64,000 nt of DNA. Origin: an uncultured Candidatus Saccharibacteria bacterium (GTDB lineage: Bacteria > Patescibacteriota > Minisyncoccia > Phycocordibacterales > XYD1-FULL-46-19). Below are positions 26,582 through 36,280 of this stretch, in pieces. A model generated the notes under the pieces. It did not search any database. It saw nothing but the letters and a program-made list of their open reading frames with translations, and was not told where the DNA came from. The stretch lies in the NCBI GenBank assembly GCA_964639285.1, contig CAZXCI010000003.1, positions 31,187-95,186 of the forward strand. The letters run 5' to 3'. The translations under genes and the position numbers were made by a program. Position 1 is the stretch's first letter. Each line of letters begins with the position of its first letter.

Positions 26582-28414
26582 CTAATTAGGTGTCGCCCCG
26601 GCTTGTCTAGATGTTTCGAAGTCAGCTTTAGCTTTCTTAATCGCTAAAATTTGTGACGGATCAGAAGTAATAATTTGCTCTTCAGTGTAAGAGGCGATAA
26701 CTTTGATTTCTACTCGCTTGAGACCAGCAATGAAGATGCCGTGACCGATGGGGGCCTCAAGTAAGAAGTATTTCTCTTCCTCGGTGAGGTTAAAAGTTTT
26801 TTGGACAAGATCAATAGACGCAGAAGATTGTTTGAGGAGTATTTGGATAGAACCGTTGGTGATAATTGGCCCACCATACTCAGACTTTAGGAAGTCATCA
26901 ACATCCTGGGTAATTGTGGCAACCCCGAGATAATATTTGCGACCTCTTTTTACCAAAGAATACAGGAAGGAGGCGGCATCTTTGGACTTCATCATAACCC
27001 AAGCCTCATCAACAACGAAGAGGCGTTTCTTAAGATTACGACGAATAGCATTCCAGATGTGGTGAGTAATGATATACATGGCAACAGCCTTTAATTCCTC
27101 CTCCATGTCTCGAATGGAGAAGACGACGAATTTCTTGTTGATGTCAACGTTCGTTGGCTTGTTAAGGAAGCCAGCCCAAGTTCCTTGGGTGTATTTAAGG
27201 AGGCGTTGGGCCAAAGACTCCCCTCCTTCCATCCCCGCTAGGACTAATTCTAGGTCAGAGAGAAGTGGGGCTGGTTTATTAGTGAAATCGGAGTCAGGGG
27301 TAATATCTTTAAGGGCATAAGTTTCAGAAATAGCGTTGTCGAGGATAGAATCTTCCTCTGGGGTAAGTCCGCCGAGCATAATGCGGAAGAGCCCTACGAG
27401 GTTGATGATGTTTGAGCGAAGAACGTCTGATGGCGCCTCATCTTCACGAGGAAAAGGTAGGTCAAAGGGATTAAGGTGGTGTTCGGAAGTTAGTGAGATA
27501 TTGAAGTAACGGCCGCCAACCGCTTCAGCCAAGAACTCGTATTCCCTCTCTGGGTCGATGACGAGAACATCGGTGTCAAACATGAGGCTACGGAGAATCT
27601 CCAGCTTGGTCGTAAAAGATTTTCCTGAACCAGATTTAGCAAAGATAACTGAGTTGTAGTTCTCTAGGGAAAAACGGTCGAAGATAATAAGGGAGGAGTT
27701 ATGAAGGTTTTGTCCATAGAGGATACCTTTATTAGATGTTAAGTCAAAAGAAACAAAGGGAAAGATGCTTGAGAGGGGGGAAGAATTTAACTTAGAGTTA
27801 ACCCCTAAGTAGTCAGTGGCAAAGGGCACTACACTCTTGAAGCCTTCATCTTGCTGGAAGAGAGCCGTCTTGAGATAAATGAGGCGGGAGTCAAGAATTG
27901 ACTTAACCTCATTTTCTACATGTTCAAGCTCATCTTCGTTGTCGGCGTAGATGGTAAGGTAGAGACCGACGTTAAATATCTTCTCAGTAGCTTGCTGTAA
28001 TTGGTCACGAAGGTTCTCGATATCAGCCTGGGCGGTATCGAGTTGGGGGTCACGAACCATTCCCTTCTGCTCTCGGACCATTATCTGACTCTCTACCTCG
28101 GCAATTTTTTTCTGCAGGGCGCGAAGGGCAGTAGTGGTATCTAATGGATGAATGAAAATAGAGATATCGAAGACTTTATCTAAATTTACAATCGGAGAAA
28201 ACCATTCCTCAGGCAAGAAGCGGGGGTAGGAAATGACGAAGAGGGTTCGAGCGACCTTCTCGCCGAGATTGAGGTTCTTGGGGGTAATACGAAGAGCAGA
28301 AGGGGCAATAATATCCCGCAGTTCAAGCTCCCCCATCTGGTAGATATCTTGAGGGAAAATAGGAATAAGGTTTTCCTGTTTCTTGTTTGATTTGCCTAAA
28401 AAGGGTATCTTCAT
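26582..28414 (-). CDS. VirB4/TrbE/TraC-family conjugal-transfer ATPase, C-terminal two thirds (contains Walker A and B)
   Basis: Walker A FAKSGSGKSFTTK, Walker B LFVVDEAW, AAA-like (DUF87) architecture; the N-terminal region resembles the start of the ATPase part of Gram-positive ConE/TrsE-type VirB4. Confidence 0.75.
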   Translation of the reverse strand: MKIPFLGKSNKKQENLIPIFPQDIYQMGELELRDIIAPSALRITPKNLNLGEKVARTLFVISYPRFLPEEWFSPIVNLDKVFDISIFIHPLDTTTALRALQKKIAEVESQIMVREQKGMVRDPQLDTAQADIENLRDQLQQATEKIFNVGLYLTIYADNEDELEHVENEVKSILDSRLIYLKTALFQQDEGFKSVVPFATDYLGVNSKLNSSPLSSIFPFVSFDLTSNKGILYGQNLHNSSLIIFDRFSLENYNSVIFAKSGSGKSFTTKLEILRSLMFDTDVLVIDPEREYEFLAEAVGGRYFNISLTSEHHLNPFDLPFPREDEAPSDVLRSNIINLVGLFRIMLGGLTPEEDSILDNAISETYALKDITPDSDFTNKPAPLLSDLELVLAGMEGGESLAQRLLKYTQGTWAGFLNKPTNVDINKKFVVFSIRDMEEELKAVAMYIITHHIWNAIRRNLKKRLFVVDEAWVMMKSKDAASFLYSLVKRGRKYYLGVATITQDVDDFLKSEYGGPIITNGSIQILLKQSSASIDLVQKTFNLTEEEKYFLLEAPIGHGIFIAGLKRVEIKVIASYTEEQIITSDPSQILAIKKAKADFETSRQAGATPN

Positions 28415-28417
28415 ATC

Positions 28418-29086
28418 TTATTTTTTTGGTGATTCGTCGATGGTCGGAGTCCCAGATTCTCCGGGGTTAAAAATCTTAAAGTAAATCTCGATTAACTCTT
28501 CAGTCTCTAAGATCTCATTTCTTAGGCCAACACGAGAAAGTCCGCTTCGGATAACATTGACACGTTGGTTGAGCTGGGCAACATTCTCTTCAAAATTGCT
28601 GTTGGCGATTTCTTGACTCGATGATTTATCGTTACGACCCAAAAGACCCGACAAGAATCCCCCTTTTCGGGTGTTTAGTATTGGCGGAGTATAAGGAATG
28701 ACAACAAAGAAATTCTTAGTCATGACGTTATGGGTATCGGTAAAAAATTTGATGAACTCAATGTACTCCTTAATCTGGACCTTCAGAAGCTCGTTTGTTT
28801 GGGCGAGCTTCCTCTCCTCTAAGATATTCAGATATGGTCTGATATCAAGACGTCTCGATTGAATAAAAATCTGGATAGAGAAGTCGATAGAGTTTAGAAA
28901 ATTCTGAAATTCGGCAATAATGGCCAGGCGCTCATCACTTGACTTGAGTCCGAAGTTAACTGAAGAGACCATAACCAAAGAGCGGAGAGAACCATCCTTG
29001 AGAACCGCCACCCCGCTCCTGATCTCTCTGATCGGGACGAAGTCTTGGGTCGTATTAGAAACCTTTATAATATCTTTAAAGTCCAT
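28418..29086 (-). CDS. VirB4-family N-terminal domain encoded as a separate 222-aa ORF (stop TAA directly abuts the ATG of the ATPase ORF)
   Basis: FKDIIKV...VAVLKDGSLRSLVMVSSVNFGLKSSDERLAIIAEFQNFL...IQIFIQSRRLDIRPYL matches the N-terminal pattern of Gram-positive VirB4 homologues (IKDG...ILEV.PINF.L.S..E...II..F). 222 + 610 aa is about a full VirB4. Confidence 0.55.
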   Translation of the reverse strand: MDFKDIIKVSNTTQDFVPIREIRSGVAVLKDGSLRSLVMVSSVNFGLKSSDERLAIIAEFQNFLNSIDFSIQIFIQSRRLDIRPYLNILEERKLAQTNELLKVQIKEYIEFIKFFTDTHNVMTKNFFVVIPYTPPILNTRKGGFLSGLLGRNDKSSSQEIANSNFEENVAQLNQRVNVIRSGLSRVGLRNEILETEELIEIYFKIFNPGESGTPTIDESPKK

Positions 29087-29196
29087 CCCGTTAGAAACAG
29101 ATCGCGATCAAAAAATCGCTCTCTCTTCTTAATTTATTTTTTAATAATATCGGATTCATGTTTTGTTTCAATAAGTTATTTGAGCGATCGCGGTTT
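29087..29196. repeat. Intergenic 110-bp element bounded by a perfect 11-bp inverted repeat (CCGTTAGAAAC ... GTTTCTAACGG) with internal GATCGCGATC palindromes and an AT-rich core carrying a minus-strand promoter-like TTGAAA-16-TATTAT
   Basis: Seen directly; fills the exact gap between the PrgI-like gene stop and the VirB4 N-domain ORF start. Confidence 0.4.
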
Positions 29197-29637
29197 CTAA
29201 CGGGGTCCATTATCTTCTTCTTTTAAATTAGTATTGTCTTTAACATCGAGACTCCAGGAGAGTTCCTTCAATTTACTCTCAGAGAGTCGAGGGAGATTGA
29301 GGTTGGCTGTGGTCTCTCCGGCCGTTTTTGTTGTAGATTTTTGAGTAATGACCTGGCGTTCAGACTTCTTCCATAAATAGAGTTTCTTGGTGGTACTATA
29401 CTTGAAGAAGGATTCAGCTAGAAAAATGAAATCTCGACCGTTGTATTTGTAGAAAGTTAGAGCGGCGGCTAAGCTAAGACAGCCAAAGATGAAAAAAATT
29501 GATATATAGATAGGTAGATAAACGTAGAATATAAAGCTAAGACCAACCCCGCCCGCCATGTAGAGGAATTGTTTGAAGGTAAATGGCCCAAAAACCTTAT
29601 CTTCGACTTCAATAAATTGTGGAACTTGGAATTGCAT
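29197..29637 (-). CDS. PrgI-family / VirB3-like small membrane protein
   Basis: MQFQVPQFIEVEDKVFGPFTFKQFLYMAGGVGLSFIF... N-terminal pattern and two-TM topology typical of PrgI-family proteins that sit immediately upstream of VirB4 in Gram-positive T4SS. Confidence 0.5.
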   Translation of the reverse strand: MQFQVPQFIEVEDKVFGPFTFKQFLYMAGGVGLSFIFYVYLPIYISIFFIFGCLSLAAALTFYKYNGRDFIFLAESFFKYSTTKKLYLWKKSERQVITQKSTTKTAGETTANLNLPRLSESKLKELSWSLDVKDNTNLKEEDNGPR

Positions 29638-30164
29638 TAAACAATGGGCTCACGATATGGATCCCTTGTCTTATTATCTCCTGTTTGAGGCGTAACGGCA
29701 ACTTCTTGTTTGGGGACATTGGCGATTGTTTTCATCTTATTGTCGAAAACTTGGGTTGCCGAAGGGCCAGGGGAAGCGGGAGTTGTCGCAGAACCCTCAA
29801 TTTTCTCTGGAGGAATTTGTTTTTGCTCCGTTTCTTTGACGGGTTCGGCTCGTTCCCGAGAAAGTTCCTCTAGTTCTCGACGAATCTTGGAGAAAATTTG
29901 TTGGTTGAGATCGTAGATTATCAAGTTGACAATATCTTGAGCTAGACCAGTTTTATCTTTTATTTTTTGGCTAAAGTCCGTTACTTTAGTTAGTCCAACC
30001 ATGGCTAGGGTGATTTCTTCAGCGATTCTTCCCAGTTGATCAACGTGTAAATTGTATTTTTTTCGTAATTCATCAGTGATAGCTCCCATATCGAGGTTGG
30101 CGATAACACTCTTTAGTTTTTCGGGCAGAGTGTCAAATTTTTTTCCGATTTCTTGTTTATTCAT
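29637..30164 (-). CDS. Hypothetical soluble protein (175 aa) of the T4SS-like operon
   Basis: Translationally coupled (1-nt overlap) to the PrgI-like gene; Pro/Thr-rich C-terminus. Confidence 0.45.
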   Translation of the reverse strand: MNKQEIGKKFDTLPEKLKSVIANLDMGAITDELRKKYNLHVDQLGRIAEEITLAMVGLTKVTDFSQKIKDKTGLAQDIVNLIIYDLNQQIFSKIRRELEELSRERAEPVKETEQKQIPPEKIEGSATTPASPGPSATQVFDNKMKTIANVPKQEVAVTPQTGDNKTRDPYREPIV

Positions 30165-30193
30165 TTTTCTATTTATCTTTTAGCCTTTTATAA

Positions 30194-32713
30194 TTAGAAA
30201 GCTGCTCCTCCTTGACGAGGATCGTTTAGGTATTGATAAGCGTTCTCGATGGTTCGGTCTGTCGGGTGAGGACCTGCACCACGATGGTGTTCGATCGCAG
30301 TTCTGATCGCTTGCCTCTCTGTATGTGGAACACCCATAGTTAAGGCACTTCGCAACTGTTCATTTGTTAGATAGGGGTATATGTCAGCATAAGCACCATT
30401 AAAGAGGTCGGTATTGGTGGCAAATTCGACAAATTCTGGCCCTGCAAGATTTCTTAGGGCATTTATTCTATTTATCTCATTAGGATTAGCAGCTGCCCAT
30501 GCTGGATTAAAGGAAGACATTGGGTGGGCAAGGGGCGTTCTCCCTGGGGTTCCAATATTTAATTCGGCCGTTGCCTGTTCTGTTCTGTTGACTCGACCCC
30601 TTTCTCTTGCCACTTCGCCCCTCGCTGTGGCTGTCGTCCTGGCATTTCTTTCAAAGGCCCCTCTTGCTGTTGCAACGTTAGCTCCTAGTGCCGATGGTAT
30701 TGGTGGTGCGCCGGCTACTCCTGGTGTGGGAGGAGCCATCCTGTTGACAAAAGCTTCAAGGTCCGCCTTTTCTCTGGCATTTAATCCTTCATAGAGATTA
30801 TTGAGCTGAGGTCCATCTAGGGAATTGAGATGGGCTAGTCTTTCGGCATCATTCCCTGGGTCGATTCCTCTCCAAGAGGCGGCGGATGTTTCTCTTGCTG
30901 CTCGTCCGCTTCCACTGGCTAGGAGTCTATTGGCCTCATTTCCTCGCCCTTGAGTTCTTAATTGCTGGACGACAGTGGCCTTGTCCTCTGGTGATAAGCT
31001 ACGGAAATAGGCATCTCTATCATCAGTTGACCTCAAACGTGACATATAAGAGGCTCTTTGGGCCCCAGCTTGTGGACCAGTGAAACCTGCGGCCCTCTGT
31101 TGTTGAGCTCTCTGTCTTTCTTCCACTCTTGTTCTGTAACCACGAGTGCCTGTGCCAAAGCCAGAGTTACCAATAGAACCAAGCGCTCGTCGGGCCCCCA
31201 TTGCTACTCGTCCAGTGATTGGTCTTGCCGACGAGGCCCAGGCCTGCATTCTCTGGCTCGTTGCTAGCCGGTTAGCAAGGTTACCGACGGTGTAACCTCC
31301 GGCTATACCGAGGGCTCCAAAACCGAGTCTCCTGCCCCAACTTCGGGCAGCCCCGGCTCCAGCGGCACCAAGGCTGTTTGCAATTAAGATACAGCCAAAG
31401 AGAAGGCCAACAATCATGAAATTCATAAAGACAAGGATCATTGGCCCCATAGACCCTAAACTGTTGGCGTCCTTGCCCAGTAGTCCTCCGATTCCATCCT
31501 TTAAGAAAATGAAAACTACATAAAGTGGAACGATTATTCCAGGGGCAACGAAGGCTTGATGAAGAAGTTTCTTAAGCCAGGTGTCAAAGTGATGTCTACC
31601 ATTTGGTATGACGTATAAGACAAAAGCAATGGGTGAAATAACATAGAGAAAAATAAGATAAACAGTTCTAATGAGAAACATAATTGACATAGCTATTAGG
31701 ACAAAACAAGAAACCAGAATAATAATAATGTTCCCGAAAGTTTGAATAATTATACCAGCGATACTTAAGCTCCCGATCACTGGGGCGAGAATAATGACTT
31801 CATTTCCATCAGCATCAGTCGCCTTAACCGGGATTGAAGGACCACCAAGAAACTGTTGGCTTAAATTTAGCTTACTAACTAATTGTCCGCCGATGCCAAG
31901 TTTGTTTCCCCCTGTCGCGATACCACCACCCATCTTGACGTAGAATTCATAAGCAACAACATTGGAGGCATCGATAATGATTCTAGTGAAGAAACCGCTG
32001 AAGTTGACAAGGAGAGCAATAATTATAACATTGACGATTAATTTCTTGGGATCACCTATTCCTTGGAGTTCAAAAATTGTCCCGATGGCGATATAGAGTA
32101 AGATGAAAACAAAACAGAGATTCCCGATGTCACGCAATACTGTCCAAGCGTTATCGATGCCGGAGTTTATTAACCAATCCTTTACGCTTAGGATAGAGAC
32201 TTTTATCGAGATATCTAGAATAGTTCCTGCGGCGACTAAGAGACTACCAAAGACCCAAGTTAAAGCATCGCCGATGGCGGCGAGGACTCCCCGGACACAC
32301 CCTCCGATATTTAAGGGGCTACAAGAATCATCTTGGTTTGCTTCAAGGTATTGTCTAGCTGATTCTTCGTCAACAAATTTTCCTCTAAATTCTCCAAATC
32401 CTCCTCCTGATATGAGAGCAGCTTCTCGCATGGCAGCTAAACCCTCTTTTTGGCTTTTCCCTACAGACAGATCGGGGAACCAGGTAAAACCGTAATTATG
32501 AAGGGTTGAAGAGACTCCTGATACAGGGTTCAGTATCATCGCCCCATAATGTAGCCCCATGTCCCAGAAATTACCAACCACTGATGTTATCGGTGCACTA
32601 TAACCTCCACCGATAGGAACGTTCTGGCTTAGGCTTATCAGGGGGAAGACTATTGCTAAGAGCAATACCCCTGAGATAAGAATATTTATTTTTAATTTCT
32701 TTCTTAAGCTCAT
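30194..32713 (-). CDS. VirB6/TrbL-like polytopic membrane protein (839 aa) with a long Ala/Arg/Gly-rich hydrophilic C-terminal tail
   Basis: N-terminal signal/TM, extracytoplasmic segment, at least 6 closely spaced TM helices in the middle third, then a roughly 380-aa low-complexity tail; architecture typical of TrbL/VirB6. Confidence 0.5.
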   Translation of the reverse strand: MSLRKKLKINILISGVLLLAIVFPLISLSQNVPIGGGYSAPITSVVGNFWDMGLHYGAMILNPVSGVSSTLHNYGFTWFPDLSVGKSQKEGLAAMREAALISGGGFGEFRGKFVDEESARQYLEANQDDSCSPLNIGGCVRGVLAAIGDALTWVFGSLLVAAGTILDISIKVSILSVKDWLINSGIDNAWTVLRDIGNLCFVFILLYIAIGTIFELQGIGDPKKLIVNVIIIALLVNFSGFFTRIIIDASNVVAYEFYVKMGGGIATGGNKLGIGGQLVSKLNLSQQFLGGPSIPVKATDADGNEVIILAPVIGSLSIAGIIIQTFGNIIIILVSCFVLIAMSIMFLIRTVYLIFLYVISPIAFVLYVIPNGRHHFDTWLKKLLHQAFVAPGIIVPLYVVFIFLKDGIGGLLGKDANSLGSMGPMILVFMNFMIVGLLFGCILIANSLGAAGAGAARSWGRRLGFGALGIAGGYTVGNLANRLATSQRMQAWASSARPITGRVAMGARRALGSIGNSGFGTGTRGYRTRVEERQRAQQQRAAGFTGPQAGAQRASYMSRLRSTDDRDAYFRSLSPEDKATVVQQLRTQGRGNEANRLLASGSGRAARETSAASWRGIDPGNDAERLAHLNSLDGPQLNNLYEGLNAREKADLEAFVNRMAPPTPGVAGAPPIPSALGANVATARGAFERNARTTATARGEVARERGRVNRTEQATAELNIGTPGRTPLAHPMSSFNPAWAAANPNEINRINALRNLAGPEFVEFATNTDLFNGAYADIYPYLTNEQLRSALTMGVPHTERQAIRTAIEHHRGAGPHPTDRTIENAYQYLNDPRQGGAAF

Positions 32714-35700
32714 ATACTCATTGTCTTCTGGGTTGTCCCTTTGTCATTGGTGCAATCTAATTTATATTCTCTGGCGGTGGTGGAAGCGGTGACAAGGAGG
32801 TTTGCTCGCTTGGTGAGACTATCCCCTTTTTTCTTAATGATCTCTTCGCCGTTGGCCCAATCATTTCCGGCTTTGCAGTCGGTGGCATTGGGTGAAGCCC
32901 AGTAGAGAAGATATTGGCCGTCTCCCTTATCTTTATCAGCAAAGTAGACGAGAGGCTTAATATTCTTATAAGCGTTGGCTAGGAATTCTATGAGTAATTC
33001 TAGTAGATTGAGACTGTCAGATGACGGAGAGTCTGATTCCCCGATTACTAAGTCGAGTAAACCGGTGAAATTTGACCATTCGGTGCCTCCTTCACCCCCA
33101 TCAGTGCCATCACCATCATCGCCTTCACCAGTTCCTCCCTCGGTTCCCCATTCGCTCGTATCGGGAGTATAAGTGCTAGCTTGTTCAATTTGGTCAGGAA
33201 TCCCGTCAGGGCCGACCATGCCCGGGCCAGGGGCCCCACCCCCGTCAGTCGTGGGGGTGAAGTTGTAGAGCTCACTCACGTTCGGCTCATTGCCCACGTT
33301 GATATCACCCATATCTTTGGCTGTCTCATATTGCGTTAGCCTGGTTCCCATTCCTTGAGCAGCTGTTTCTTTGACGATACTAGCAGGAGTTTGGGTTTCC
33401 CACATAATACATGTTTTGATTGAAGAATCTTCTGGGTCAGTAATCCATTTATTGCATTTTCGGACCGGAAGGAATCCTTGGCCAGCGATCATCTCATCTC
33501 GGACATTTGCTTCGGCTAAGGCCTGACTTCTTTTTAGTTGATCATTGGCGATTAGATAGCTACCATAACGGTTGTTTTGCGGTTGGAACATTTTGAGTAG
33601 GGCTGTCCAATATTCTGCGTCTGTGTAATCCTCAGAATCTGAGGCTTCTTCTTCCGCATAACTAGTTTTTATCCCAAAGAGGGAAGACAGTTTGTCTATC
33701 GGATTAGCCAAATAGCCTAAGAAAGGGATGTTTCTCAGTGTGGCAAGAATCGAAGTATTTTTTTCTTGAGCAACTATTTCTTCCGACTGATCACTGGCCT
33801 TGAACCCATTTTCTTCGGCGGAGCTGATTATTTTTATCTCTTTCTCTGTAAGCGTTGGCTGGAAAGGACGGCCAACTGAATCTATCTGCAAGGCATCGGC
33901 GATCTCATCTTTGTACATGTTCTTTGAGTTTCTAATGCGATCAAGGACAATTCTTTTTGCTTCATCTCTTGCCTGAGCGATTAAGACTCCTTCGTTGACG
34001 ACATAGAGAGGAGCACTATTCCCGTTGGAGTCTTGATATCCCTTTTTAATAAGCCCTTCTTCTCCCAACAGCGCCCCCTTATACTGTTCAATCACTGTTG
34101 AGGCGGCTCGTCTTACGGCGGCATCCTCAACCATTTTTTCTTCAAATCTCTGTTGGATACGTTTAACGGCGCGGATATGGGTACAAATTTGAACATTTAA
34201 CTCTCTTATCTCTCTTGTTCTTCTCTCGATACTATTGGTTAGACTCATTAGTTGGCCGTTTTGCTCGACAACCGGGACATAGAGACCACCGGTGACAGTG
34301 TCTGTCACGGTATCGACGACCGTGTCGACAACTCCCCCCTCGTCGAGGATCCCTTCTAGTCCGGGAATGCTGTTTATAATATCGCTAACACCTGGTAATT
34401 CGTCTAAGGCACCAGAGAAGTCATCGATAAGACCATCGACAGATAGTCCGTTGACCATATCACCCAATAAATCTTCTGGTAGGTCAGAGAGGACACTGTC
34501 AACAATTTCGGGGAGGCCGTTGTTTAGAATATTGCCCAAAGCCCCTTCGCCCAAGAGGGAGAAGACGGTCTCACTCACGTCTCCGTCTAAGAAACTCAGG
34601 ACTTGATTGAGCTGGCCACCACCCAACTGGCTGAAGATGTCATTGAGAGAACTCATGTTGAGATTGCCAAGGATAGAGTTAAGGTTACCTTCACTCAAGT
34701 TACCGAAGATGCCGTTGATGGCCCCATCTCCGAGTCGTCCGATAATTCTATCAAGACTCCCTGATGAGATGTTGTCTATGACGTCGTCAAAATCTTCTAG
34801 ATTATAAGTATTGTTGATGAAGTTATTTAGAGAAGTATCGTTCAGGTCATTGAGCAAACTTGTCAGTTGAGAGGAAGAGAATTGAGTGAGGATGGTCTCG
34901 TTTGACTCGTAAGATAGCCGTCCAATAATACCACCAAGATTACTAGAGGGGAGTTCATCAATAACTTCACTTAGATTACTAATGTTTAAGTTTTCGAGAA
35001 CATGATTGAGGCTATCATAAGGGAGTTTGGTGATAATATCTCGAATATTTATTGTGCTCTCTGTTGGAGAGGAGAGTATCCGATTGAATGAGTCATTAAT
35101 TTGCGATTCGTCGAGAGCCAAAAGTATTTCTGATAAATCGGTGGGGGTGGCCTTATCTAAGTCAACCGGTGTTGTCCCAAGGAGAACAGTCCTTACGGGG
35201 TCGGTCTTCTCAGCATGCACAAGGTTATGAAGAGATAAGTTGTCAGAAAGGAAGTTATCAATATAAGTAATTAGTTTGTCCAAAGGCGAATCAATGAGGG
35301 CTGTTTTTCCCCCGCCGACAGTTCCGCTGAGTTTTGCGTGCCAATGATCACCATATTTTGCACCTTTTTCTCGAGTGAAGACGTCTCCGTTATCGAGATA
35401 ATGTGTTTTAAACTTGGTTTTTTTAGATATTGTGGTGCTTACTGTGTGTTTTTCAATATACTCATTGAGTTTTGCGTTGTCGGGACTATAGTCTACGACG
35501 TTAGCACCGGGTTTATGTTCAACATGCCCAGCCTCTGTTCCAGAAGTTATCACTAGGCCACCTCCTATTTCCCTATTTATCTCGGCGGATCGGTCGATTG
35601 AATGTTGGGGTAATCCGCCGACACTGGTACAGCCACCTTTGACCGTGCGGAAGTCTCTTCCTGCACAATCAGCTTTGTTCACGGTTATTCCTTCCGCCGC

Positions 35701-36276
35701 AAGTTTGTCTCTTGTTTCTTGTTCGCCTCCCGCTGGCTCTCCGTAACCGTTCGCTCCTTCTCCGCCTTGCTCGTCTGAGTCAGGATTCTGAACGGGGTCG
35801 CTATCGCTGGGTTGGCCTTGGTCTCCTGCCCCATCCCCTTCCCCAGTTGTGCCATCTCCTGTTCCGCTCCCCGTCCCGGTCGTGCCAGAACTTCCACCGC
35901 TATAACCGCCAGCCTCAGCTTCACAACGGATCTCGTCTTCTTTTTGGAGTTTGGCCAACTCTTCGGCTTCTTTGTCTGTAGTTTTCTTATCTTTCCCTAC
36001 TCTTTCTTCTAGGGAGTCTTCTCCGCTATTGCCACTGGCGCCATTACTGCCACTATCTCCACCGTCGCCTCCACTGTTGATGATGATGTCGGCGACGTCA
36101 TTTATATCAATGTCGCCAACGCTATCACTTCCTCCACCACTGGGGAAACCCGTATCAGGGACAGGAAGGTTAGATATCTGAGCCCCAGTATTTTGGGCGA
36201 TTAAGAAAATAACTAAGGCTGAGAAAATGACCAGAGTTAGTTTCTTGAATATATTTTGTGAGGTTCTCGTGGTCAT
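32710..36276 (-). CDS. Giant secreted/surface protein (about 1190 aa) with acidic Gly/Asp/Ser-rich N- and C-terminal regions and a central array of degenerate Leu/Asn/Ser-rich repeats
   Basis: Signal peptide after the internal Met (MTTRTSQNIFKKLTLVIFSALVIFLIAQNTGAQ); the ORF opens at 36321. Repeats of the form S/N-L-N-x-x-L-x-x-L-x-(I/L)-x-x (LNHVLENLNISNLSEVIDEL, LGGIIGRLSYESNETIL, LDRIIGRLGDGAINGIFGNLSEGNLNSILGNLNMSSLNDIFSQLGGGQLNQVLSFL). 4-nt overlap with the VirB6-like gene. Confidence 0.6.
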   Translation of the reverse strand: MTTRTSQNIFKKLTLVIFSALVIFLIAQNTGAQISNLPVPDTGFPSGGGSDSVGDIDINDVADIIINSGGDGGDSGSNGASGNSGEDSLEERVGKDKKTTDKEAEELAKLQKEDEIRCEAEAGGYSGGSSGTTGTGSGTGDGTTGEGDGAGDQGQPSDSDPVQNPDSDEQGGEGANGYGEPAGGEQETRDKLAAEGITVNKADCAGRDFRTVKGGCTSVGGLPQHSIDRSAEINREIGGGLVITSGTEAGHVEHKPGANVVDYSPDNAKLNEYIEKHTVSTTISKKTKFKTHYLDNGDVFTREKGAKYGDHWHAKLSGTVGGGKTALIDSPLDKLITYIDNFLSDNLSLHNLVHAEKTDPVRTVLLGTTPVDLDKATPTDLSEILLALDESQINDSFNRILSSPTESTINIRDIITKLPYDSLNHVLENLNISNLSEVIDELPSSNLGGIIGRLSYESNETILTQFSSSQLTSLLNDLNDTSLNNFINNTYNLEDFDDVIDNISSGSLDRIIGRLGDGAINGIFGNLSEGNLNSILGNLNMSSLNDIFSQLGGGQLNQVLSFLDGDVSETVFSLLGEGALGNILNNGLPEIVDSVLSDLPEDLLGDMVNGLSVDGLIDDFSGALDELPGVSDIINSIPGLEGILDEGGVVDTVVDTVTDTVTGGLYVPVVEQNGQLMSLTNSIERRTREIRELNVQICTHIRAVKRIQQRFEEKMVEDAAVRRAASTVIEQYKGALLGEEGLIKKGYQDSNGNSAPLYVVNEGVLIAQARDEAKRIVLDRIRNSKNMYKDEIADALQIDSVGRPFQPTLTEKEIKIISSAEENGFKASDQSEEIVAQEKNTSILATLRNIPFLGYLANPIDKLSSLFGIKTSYAEEEASDSEDYTDAEYWTALLKMFQPQNNRYGSYLIANDQLKRSQALAEANVRDEMIAGQGFLPVRKCNKWITDPEDSSIKTCIMWETQTPASIVKETAAQGMGTRLTQYETAKDMGDINVGNEPNVSELYNFTPTTDGGGAPGPGMVGPDGIPDQIEQASTYTPDTSEWGTEGGTGEGDDGDGTDGGEGGTEWSNFTGLLDLVIGESDSPSSDSLNLLELLIEFLANAYKNIKPLVYFADKDKGDGQYLLYWASPNATDCKAGNDWANGEEIIKKKGDSLTKRANLLVTASTTAREYKLDCTNDKGTTQKTMSI

Positions 36277-36280
36277 GTTA

